A stretch of DNA of 24,000 nucleotides from Acutalibacteraceae bacterium (GTDB lineage: Bacteria > Bacteroidota > Bacteroidia > Bacteroidales > Bacteroidaceae). How positions within the stretch are numbered: the first letter of the stretch is position 1; every line of letters starts with the position of its first letter. A program made the position numbers and the translations under genes. Positions 1 to 6,411 of this stretch are shown in pieces. The stretch covers positions 12,810 through 36,809 of the forward strand of contig CAVEJY010000167.1 in NCBI GenBank assembly GCA_963616155.1. Reading direction: 5' to 3'. The notes beneath the pieces are model-generated. The model had not been told where the DNA came from. It did no database searches and was given only the letters and a program-made list of their open reading frames with translations.

Positions 1-1724
1 CCTACAAGTTGAACGACCAGGGTGACCAGCGCACAACAGACCAAGCTACCAACAACATGAGCCTTGGTTGGGGATGGGGTACAACCAATACCTTGAATTA
101 TAAGTTTGACGTTAAGAAGCACGACTTCGATATTCTTGTGGGTACTGAGTTCGGTGTAAGCCGTCCTGATTACGGTTACAACTTGAATGTTACCACCTCC
201 AACTCCATCTTTGGAGATTTGGAACATGCCTATATGTCTTTGATGAAGGACAACAAGAAGGGGTCTGTTTCTGGTCTTCCCTACACAGACTCCCGCGGTA
301 TGTCTTATTTCGGTCGTTTGAACTACAACTACGATGAGAAGTATATGTTCTCCGCCATCATGCGTGCCGATGGTTCTTCCATGTTCGCTCCTGGTCATCG
401 TTGGGGCTACTTCCCCTCATTCTCTGGAGGTTGGGTTGTTTCCAACGAGAAGTTTATGGAGCCTGTGACCAAGTGGTTTGACTTCTTGAAGATTCGTGTC
501 GGTTGGGGTCAGAATGGTAACAAGAACATTTCTGCATTTCAGTATGAGGCTGCATTCGCATACGATGAGTACAGCAACTATTCATTTGGCAACTCGAAGG
601 ATGACCCAACTCGCGGTGCATCTCTTACCCGTTTGGCAAATGACGAGCTGACATGGGAGACATCAGAGCAGCTTGACTTAGGTTTCGACGCTCGCTTCCT
701 GAATAGTCGTTTGGGATTGACCTTCGACTGGTATCAGAAGACAACCAAGGACTTGTTACTGAACGTTCCTGTTTCTCCTACGACAGGTTTCAGCACCCAG
801 TTGAAGAATGCAGGTACCGTACGCAATACGGGTGTCGAGGTGGCCTTGACTTGGAACGACAAGATTGGCAAGGACTTCCAGTACAACATTGGCTACAATA
901 TCGCTTACAACAAGAATGAGGTAACGAAGGTGAACAGTACTCAGAAGTACAACTCCGGCGGTTCTGACTTGTTGGCACAGGGTACAGGCTACATGGCTCG
1001 TTTCGAGGAAGGTCATCCTATTGGGTACTTCTGGGGTTACAAGACTGCCGGTCCTATCCAGAACGAGCAGGAACTCCAGGAATACATCAATACGTTAAAA
1101 GATCATGATGCAGCTAACTCTCATCAGGGTTCAGACCTCAAGGTGGGTGACTTGCGTTTCGTGGATGTCAATGGCGACGGTGTCATCAATGATGAGGATA
1201 AGACCGACCTCGGCAATCCTAACCCAGACGTTACGATGGGTATTACCCTCGGAGCATCTTACAAGGGTTTCGACGTGAATATCACTGGTTATGCAGCACT
1301 TGGTCAGCAGGTTGCTCGCTCTTATCGCAAGTTCACTGACGGTGAGTATGAGAACTTTACAACAGAGGTCTATGACTATTGGAATGGCGAGGGAACGTCT
1401 ACCAAGTATCCCATGTTCGCAGCGATGAACCGTGGTGTGAACTGGCAGTCTATCTCTGACATCTACATTGAGGACGCAAGTTATTTCCGCTTGCAGAACT
1501 TGACGGTCGGTTACGACTTCACCAAGATCTGGAAGAAGAGTCCTTTCCAACAGCTCCGTCTCTATTTCGCAGCCCAGAACCTCTTCACCATTACTGGCTA
1601 TAAGGGTATGGATCCTGAGAATGGTATGGCCCTGAACTCCTCAGAGCCTTGGGTTACTGGTGTTGATGTTGGTAACTATCCACAACCACGCACCTTTATG
1701 TTTGGTGTAAATGTTAAGTTCTAA
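1..1724 (+). CDS. SusC/RagA-family TonB-dependent outer-membrane transporter, C-terminal part (5' end lies outside the window)
   Basis: The frame is open from the window edge; the track's M at 9 is an in-frame TTG. It ends at TAA 1722-1724. Barrel motifs match the complete paralog at 14325-17420 (RADGSSMFAPGHRWGYFPSFSGGW vs RADASSRFADGHRWGYFPSFSAGW). It ends in a terminal Phe (VNVKF), and a SusD gene follows 19 nt downstream. Confidence 0.9.
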   Translation, partial: YKLNDQGDQRTTDQATNNMSLGWGWGTTNTLNYKFDVKKHDFDILVGTEFGVSRPDYGYNLNVTTSNSIFGDLEHAYMSLMKDNKKGSVSGLPYTDSRGMSYFGRLNYNYDEKYMFSAIMRADGSSMFAPGHRWGYFPSFSGGWVVSNEKFMEPVTKWFDFLKIRVGWGQNGNKNISAFQYEAAFAYDEYSNYSFGNSKDDPTRGASLTRLANDELTWETSEQLDLGFDARFLNSRLGLTFDWYQKTTKDLLLNVPVSPTTGFSTQLKNAGTVRNTGVEVALTWNDKIGKDFQYNIGYNIAYNKNEVTKVNSTQKYNSGGSDLLAQGTGYMARFEEGHPIGYFWGYKTAGPIQNEQELQEYINTLKDHDAANSHQGSDLKVGDLRFVDVNGDGVINDEDKTDLGNPNPDVTMGITLGASYKGFDVNITGYAALGQQVARSYRKFTDGEYENFTTEVYDYWNGEGTSTKYPMFAAMNRGVNWQSISDIYIEDASYFRLQNLTVGYDFTKIWKKSPFQQLRLYFAAQNLFTITGYKGMDPENGMALNSSEPWVTGVDVGNYPQPRTFMFGVNVKF

Positions 1725-1743
1725 CTTTTTAAATGAATACACA

Positions 1744-3552
1744 ATGAAAAAGATATTTTTGTTCGTAGTAGCCCTTGCTACTTTGGGACTGTCTTCTTGT
1801 GGCATCGATGACGTGAAGAACGTTGGTGAAATGTCTACGAGTGAGTTCCCGAAGTCAGATGCTGACGCAGAGGCTATCTTGGCTGGTGTTTACCAGAATC
1901 TGAATACTATCAATGCGAATCCGCAAATGTCATTCTTGTACTATGCAGCCCTTGCCAGTGATGACCAGCTCGGTGGTGGTGGCACCAATGACAAGTTGAT
2001 GCAGGCTGAGGATTTGCTCTGTAATTACAACGCCGATATGACGAATCAGTTCTATTCTGACCGTTATGCAGGTGTGGCCCGTGCCAACAATACCATCAAG
2101 TACTTGAGCTTGGCTACGAATATGTCTGAGTCGACAAAGAACCAGGCTGTCGGCGAGGCAAAGGCTCTTCGTGCCTTCTACTATTATGAGTTGGCTTCCA
2201 TGTATGGCAATGTACCTTTGGTGACAGACCCTGAGGAGTCGAATACCACTCAGGGTGACGTGAAGGTGCTTTGGGGGCAGATTCTCCAGGATTTCTATGA
2301 GGCTGCAACCACGATGCCCGATGTTCGTAAGACCGACGGTCACTTGGACAAGTATACCGTCGAGGCTTTGTTGTGCCGTGCTTGGTTGTTCTACACTGGT
2401 TTCTACTGCAACGGTACGACTACGGCCGACTTGGTAAGCACCAACTATGCGCCATTGACATCCGTGGAGCTGCCCAATGGTACTACCCTTACCAAGCAGG
2501 ACATCATCACAGCCATTGATGATTGTGTCAACAATTCCGGCTATGAGTTGCTTGCCGACTATCGTAACTTGTGGGCTTACACCAACAACAAGGTTGTAAA
2601 TGATTATCCATATACAAAGGGACAGAACCTGCAGTGGGCAGAAAATGACAATGGAGTAAACCCAGAGTCAATGTTCGCTATCAAGTTCAACAAGTTCGCC
2701 TCTTGGAGCACCACTATCGGTTATGCGAATGGCTACGCACTTCATTTCGGTGTTCGTGGTGGTCAGGATTATTCCAATACTTTCCCGTTTGGTCAAGGCT
2801 GGGGTGCAGGTCCTGTAGCTCCCAACTTGGTGAAAGACTGGAAGAATGCAGACCCCGAGGGAAAAGATGCCCGCTTGAAGGCAACTGTATGTGACGTGAA
2901 CGACAAGAACGAGATGCCTAATTATACTCGTGGTGGTTGGGCTGACTTTGTACAGGAGACAGACTACTATTCCAAGAAGTGGTCTCCCATCTGTGCCAAG
3001 AATGACGGTTCTTTCAAGACGAAAAATGACGACGGTACTACTTCTATCCCTGATTATGTGGCTTGCTTTGAGACATTGATGTATCCTGACAACTGGGGAA
3101 CTTCCGGAGAGAACAACTTCCAGTTGAGCAATATCCATGACCTGGTGTTGGTTAGATATGCGGATGCCCTCTTGATGCAGAGTGAGCTGAAGGAGGATGT
3201 CACAGGAATGAACGAGGTACATAAGCGTGCGACAGGTGTTGCCAACTATTATACTACCTATTCTTTGGCAAACCTTCAGAACGAGCGCCGTTGGGAGCTG
3301 GCTTGTGAGGGAATCCGTTGGAACGACATCCGTCGCTGGCACATCGCTCAGGTGGCATTGGCAAAACAGGAGAATCAGCCTGTTTACTACTGTGGCAGTC
3401 CTGCAACCAACTCTGCCCACAATGGCGGTTATGTGGCTCGTTACAATGCAACGGCTGGATTCCAGAAGATGCCAGAGACTCAGGTGGCTCTTGGCACCGT
3501 TGTCCAGAATGACGGATGGACATCTGCCGACGCAGAGTATACTGGTTGGTAA
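1744..3552 (+). CDS. SusD/RagB-family outer-membrane glycan-binding lipoprotein
   Basis: The ATG at 1744 gives MKKIFLFVVALATLGLSSC, a signal peptide plus lipobox Cys. The 1711 start in the track is an upstream extension overlapping the SusC stop. The C-terminal SusD hallmark NERRWELACEGIRWNDIRRW is present, and the gene sits directly after SusC. Confidence 0.9.
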   Translation: MKKIFLFVVALATLGLSSCGIDDVKNVGEMSTSEFPKSDADAEAILAGVYQNLNTINANPQMSFLYYAALASDDQLGGGGTNDKLMQAEDLLCNYNADMTNQFYSDRYAGVARANNTIKYLSLATNMSESTKNQAVGEAKALRAFYYYELASMYGNVPLVTDPEESNTTQGDVKVLWGQILQDFYEAATTMPDVRKTDGHLDKYTVEALLCRAWLFYTGFYCNGTTTADLVSTNYAPLTSVELPNGTTLTKQDIITAIDDCVNNSGYELLADYRNLWAYTNNKVVNDYPYTKGQNLQWAENDNGVNPESMFAIKFNKFASWSTTIGYANGYALHFGVRGGQDYSNTFPFGQGWGAGPVAPNLVKDWKNADPEGKDARLKATVCDVNDKNEMPNYTRGGWADFVQETDYYSKKWSPICAKNDGSFKTKNDDGTTSIPDYVACFETLMYPDNWGTSGENNFQLSNIHDLVLVRYADALLMQSELKEDVTGMNEVHKRATGVANYYTTYSLANLQNERRWELACEGIRWNDIRRWHIAQVALAKQENQPVYYCGSPATNSAHNGGYVARYNATAGFQKMPETQVALGTVVQNDGWTSADAEYTGW

Positions 3553-3585
3553 TCGACAATGTTGAATCTTAAAATTTGAACTACA

Positions 3586-5106
3586 ATGAAAAAATCAATA
3601 TTATTCATGGTGATGGCCGTTGGTCTGCTTACGGCTTGTGATCCTTCTAAGGATGATATAAGCGTGCCAAGCAGTAGCCTCACCGCTGATCAGTTGGGTA
3701 GTGGTTTCACCTACACCCAGTATGGGGATGATGAATATACAACTCAGGCAGAGGATGGTAACTACTTTACATTCGTAACATCTCCTTCCAGAGTGGTATC
3801 TATTTATCAGCTTGACGAGGATGGGGCCAAGTCGGTCTTGGTTTCTGGTGTCGCCAATGGTAAGTTCTCTATCGTCCCCAAGCGCGGAAACCCGAGCGAG
3901 CAGAAAATCTATATTGAGACCTTGAACTTCGATGGCTCCAAGGTGGTGACAGAGAAGACGGTCAACGTATATGTTCCTTCCGAGTTGACTCCCGAGATGC
4001 GTATCTTGGCAAGTGATTCTTATGGTCACAAGATTTGGAAATGGGATACAACATGGCGTGCTGATGGTGGTGCTTGGGGTAACATGGGTTATGCTCCTGG
4101 TGATGGTGAGTCGTTCGCCAATGATGGCAACGGAATTTGGTGGGCTTGCGCTCCCGCCGACCTGGCTACTCAGCTGCAGCATTCCGACACAGGTCAGGCA
4201 ACAGGTGAGGAAGACCCCAATGCTTATATGGAATTCTATGACGATGGAACTATCATCACTTACGATGGTGGTGGCAATCAGATTCGAAAGGGTAAGTATT
4301 CTGTCCTGAACTATACTGGTGAGAGAAATATTCCTTCCATCGACCAAAGCCAGGCCAACTGGTCTTATGGTACATTGCAGACCACAGAGGGGGCTATCCT
4401 CTTCCCATTCCAGATCAATGGTAACGGCACGAAACCTACTGAGTTCGAAATCATGCAGCTGGATGCCAACCACTTGAAACTGATTTACGCAGCTTCTGGC
4501 ACAGGCAGTTGGAGCGAGGCAACATGGTGGGCATTCAAGAGTAACTCGGATCCTGAGTGTGCCTTGACCAACTATGGTACTAAGGGCTGGACATGGGATA
4601 CTGACTGGCGCTCTGACAAGGGTGCTTGGGGTAACATGGGTTATGCTCCCGGTGACGGTGATTCCTTTGCCAATGATGGTAATGGAATTTGGTGGGGCTG
4701 TGCTCCTGCTGATTTGGCTACTCAGTTGCAACATTCCGACACGGGTGTCGCTACAGGTGAGGAAGATCCCAATGCCTATATGACATTTGACTGGAAGACC
4801 AGCACGATTGTAACTTACGACGGCTCTGGCAACCAGATACGTCAAGGTAAGTTTGAAATCCAGAACTGGGGTATGGGTGACCGCACCATCTCCACCATTG
4901 ACGGTAGTCAAAGCAAGTGGGCAATGGGTAACTTGCACACTGATGCAGGCTCTATCCTCTTCCCATTCCAAATCAATGGTGGAGGTACGAAGCCTACCGA
5001 CTTCGAGATCATGCAACTTGACGGCAACCACTTGAAGTTGATTTACGCAGCTCCTAACACAAGTAGCTGGGGTGAGGCAACATGGTGGGCTTTCAAGGCT
5101 AAGTAA
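3586..5106 (+). CDS. PUL-associated surface lipoprotein with two tandem ~184-aa Trp-rich repeat domains (SusE/F-position candidate glycan-binding protein; family not recognised)
   Basis: MKKSILFMVMAVGLLTAC provides the lipobox. The gene starts 33 nt after SusD on the same strand. It contains an internal duplication (see the repeat features). The function is inferred from position in the PUL only. Confidence 0.85.
   Translation: MKKSILFMVMAVGLLTACDPSKDDISVPSSSLTADQLGSGFTYTQYGDDEYTTQAEDGNYFTFVTSPSRVVSIYQLDEDGAKSVLVSGVANGKFSIVPKRGNPSEQKIYIETLNFDGSKVVTEKTVNVYVPSELTPEMRILASDSYGHKIWKWDTTWRADGGAWGNMGYAPGDGESFANDGNGIWWACAPADLATQLQHSDTGQATGEEDPNAYMEFYDDGTIITYDGGGNQIRKGKYSVLNYTGERNIPSIDQSQANWSYGTLQTTEGAILFPFQINGNGTKPTEFEIMQLDANHLKLIYAASGTGSWSEATWWAFKSNSDPECALTNYGTKGWTWDTDWRSDKGAWGNMGYAPGDGDSFANDGNGIWWGCAPADLATQLQHSDTGVATGEEDPNAYMTFDWKTSTIVTYDGSGNQIRQGKFEIQNWGMGDRTISTIDGSQSKWAMGNLHTDAGSILFPFQINGGGTKPTDFEIMQLDGNHLKLIYAAPNTSSWGEATWWAFKAK
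4027..4539 (+). repeat. Intragenic tandem repeat, copy 1 (HKIWKWDTTW ... EATWWAFKS)
   Basis: It aligns codon for codon with copy 2 at a 552-nt (184-codon) offset. For example, ggtgcttggggtaacatgggttatgct occurs at both 4069 and 4621. Confidence 0.9.
4579..5100 (+). repeat. Intragenic tandem repeat, copy 2 (TKGWTWDTDW ... EATWWAFKA)
   Basis: Same evidence as copy 1. The shared blocks are WGNMGYAPGDG-SFANDGNGIWW-CAPADLATQLQHSDTG-ATGEEDPNAYM and ILFPFQING-GTKPT-FEIMQLD-NHLKLIYAA. Confidence 0.9.
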
Positions 5107-5148
5107 TTTGAATTTGTTTAAATACTGATTATTTGATAAGTTTATGGG

Positions 5149-5185
5149 GGAGTGGGACATAGAGATTATGTCTCGCTCCTCTTTG
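5149..5185 (+). terminator. Candidate intrinsic terminator of the SusC/SusD/lipoprotein unit
   Basis: GGAGTGGGACAT (5149-5160) pairs with ATGTCTCGCTCC (5168-5179), giving 12 bp including two G-U pairs and a 7-nt loop. It is followed by TCTTTG, so the T-tract is weak. Confidence 0.45.
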
Positions 5186-5194
5186 CGTTACTTA

Positions 5195-5385
5195 GTGCCC
5201 TTTAGGAGCAATTTCCTGCTCCTTCCAAGGCAACAAATTGCCCCTAAAGGGGGCATAAACGTAATGTCTATAGACACCGGGAAGAACGACTTTCTGCTGT
5301 TGGGTGTTTACTTCATTTTCCCTTCACCCTTCACCTTTAGGGCTGAAATGCCGATAAACACAGGGGTGACGAGGGTGAATGGTGG
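5195..5385. other. Repeat- and helix-dense non-coding element (candidate structured RNA or protein-binding array)
   Basis: CCTTTAGG occurs at 5199 and 5334, with the inverted copy CCTAAAGG at 5243. Hairpins are AGGAGCA/TGCTCCT (5204-5223) and GGCAA/TTGCC (5229-5242). GTCTATAGAC at 5266-5275 is a palindrome. A perfect tandem CTTCACC-CTTCACC (5322-5335) faces GGTGAcG, GGTGAAt and GGTGgtt (5365-5387). Confidence 0.3.
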
Positions 5386-5462
5386 TTGACGAAATGTGCC
5401 CTGCAAGAGTGTGCTGGACAAATCATTGGACTGCATTATTTTTGTTAAACCCCACCAAAATC

Positions 5463-5493
5463 TTGGTGGTTACGATAATTAGTTGTATCTTTG
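5463..5493 (+). promoter_or_regulatory. Bacteroidota-type promoter (-33 TTG at 5463, -7 TATCTTTG at 5486-5493)
   Basis: It matches the TAnnTTTG -7 consensus, with a TTG exactly 23 nt upstream. The candidates at 14234/14257 and 21809/21786 have the same spacing. The -33 element lies inside a perfect hairpin, CCACCAA-aatc-TTGGTGG (5452-5469). An alternative -7-like box, TATTTTTG at 5437-5444, lacks a TTG at that spacing. Confidence 0.5.
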
Positions 5494-5588
5494 CGGTGTT
5501 TTTATAATTAACTGATGTGGAGGAAAAATTATCTAAATAAAATTTCAGAACGTAACCAAAAACGAAAGGAAATATTGGTTGGGTATTT

Positions 5589-5603
5589 CTTTGATTATCA
5601 AAG
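5589..5603. repeat. Perfect 15-bp palindrome CTTTGATtATCAAAG
   Basis: Read directly from the sequence: 7-bp arms around a single central base. It ends 4 nt before the ATG at 5607 and lies about 100 nt downstream of the predicted promoter. Confidence 0.8.
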
Positions 5604-5606
5604 CTA

Positions 5607-5696
5607 ATGCGCAGTGGTGTTGTAGTTGGTGGCTTGGCGACAGTTTTGTTTGCTTATTTTGGTAATGAAATTCTTAAAGTGAAACTTAAAATATAA
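5607..5696 (+). CDS. Candidate 29-aa hydrophobic small peptide (MRSGVVVGGLATVLFAYFGNEILKVKLKI)
   Basis: ATG at 5607 and TAA at 5694-5696. It is below the 60-aa cutoff of the ORF track. It has one hydrophobic stretch and lies downstream of the 5486 promoter. The AT-rich context and short length make this weak. Confidence 0.25.
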   Translation: MRSGVVVGGLATVLFAYFGNEILKVKLKI

Positions 5697-5700
5697 GATT

Positions 5701-5805
5701 ATGGAAATGTTAACTATTATATTAGCCTTGGCAAGTGCTATTGGCGCAGGGTTGATTGTTTGGTCTAAGACAAAAGCTGGTCAAAAGTGGCTTGAGAGTC
5801 TTTAA
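5701..5805 (+). CDS. Candidate 34-aa single-pass membrane peptide (MEMLTIILALASAIGAGLIVWSKTKAGQKWLESL)
   Basis: ATG at 5701 and TAA at 5803-5805. A clean ~18-residue hydrophobic helix is followed by a basic, amphipathic tail. It ends 15 nt before the lipoprotein gene at 5821 and starts 4 nt after the previous small ORF. Confidence 0.4.
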   Translation: MEMLTIILALASAIGAGLIVWSKTKAGQKWLESL

Positions 5806-5820
5806 AAAATACAAGATACG

Positions 5821-6405
5821 ATGAAAAAGATAATGACAATGGTTATTGCTGGTCTCATGGCCGTGACGAGTATGGCGGTAATGGCTGGTTGTAAGACTAC
5901 AAATAAGGGCGCTTGCCGTATTCATGGCACGATGGAGTCGAGCCGATGGGATGGCAAGAAGATTTTCCTTGTCCCGATGTTTGGGGTGCAGGATGCGGCT
6001 CATGTCGATTCGGTGGTGATTGAGAACGGCAAGTTTGAGTTTACCGCCGACACCATGGAGATGAAGGTGATTCGTGTGGACTATCATTTCCGTGACGGTG
6101 TGCAAGACTTGCTGGTGGTGTCGGAGCCTGGCGATGTGCAGGTTATCATTGGTGGTAACAGTGTTTCGGGAGGTACTCCCCAGAATGATTCCCTCCAGAC
6201 GTGGAAAGACCGGGTGATGAAGTTCAATACCGAGTATAACCAGTTGAGGATGCAAGCCCGACAGACGGGTTCGGACGCTGTCCTTCAGTCTAAGGGCAAG
6301 GAAATACAGAACGCCTTGAGGGCGTACAATGATTCCTTCGCCAAGCGCCAGCCTCAGGGAGTTTTCAAGGATTTTCTCCTGAGGATGTATCCTTCCGCTA
6401 AATAA
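5821..6405 (+). CDS. Lipoprotein with a DUF4369-like domain and no attached thioredoxin domain
   Basis: MKKIMTMVIAGLMAVTSMAVMAGC provides the lipobox. The segment RIHGTMESSRWDGKKIFLVP...VDSVVIENGKFEFTAD follows the pattern I remember for DUF4369, which is usually the N-terminal domain of Bacteroidota AhpC/TSA-like lipoproteins. The family call is from memory. Confidence 0.8.
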   Translation: MKKIMTMVIAGLMAVTSMAVMAGCKTTNKGACRIHGTMESSRWDGKKIFLVPMFGVQDAAHVDSVVIENGKFEFTADTMEMKVIRVDYHFRDGVQDLLVVSEPGDVQVIIGGNSVSGGTPQNDSLQTWKDRVMKFNTEYNQLRMQARQTGSDAVLQSKGKEIQNALRAYNDSFAKRQPQGVFKDFLLRMYPSAK

Positions 6406-6411
6406 CCGTCT

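Noticed and set aside
1711-1743. Longer SusD start at 1711, as given by the ORF track
   Set aside because: It would overlap the SusC stop and add 11 residues before the signal peptide. The ATG at 1744 gives a canonical MKK...LSSC lipoprotein signal.
3601-5160. 519-aa ORF on the minus strand that fully shadows the lipoprotein gene 3586-5106
   Set aside because: It is in the same codon register as the plus-strand gene, so it stays open only because that gene uses no TTA, CTA or TCA codons after codon 6. The plus-strand product has a lipobox signal peptide, PUL context and a conserved duplicated domain. The antisense product is Cys/Pro/Thr-rich and low in complexity, with no start context.
5322-5387. 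Possibility that the short direct and inverted heptamer repeats are a degenerate CRISPR array or transposon ends
   Set aside because: There are only two 7-nt direct units, with no spacer-repeat periodicity. No cas or transposase gene is nearby, and no target-site duplication can be identified.
5144-5389. 81-aa plus-strand ORF in the spacer after the first PUL
   Set aside because: It starts inside the terminator hairpin and runs across inverted repeats and tandem heptamers. It has no family resemblance and no promoter in front. I interpret the region as non-coding structured or repeat DNA.
5452-5469. Perfect hairpin CCACCAA-aatc-TTGGTGG, considered as a terminator
   Set aside because: No T-tract follows it on either strand, and it overlaps the -33 element of the 5486 promoter. 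It is more likely incidental or an operator than a terminator.
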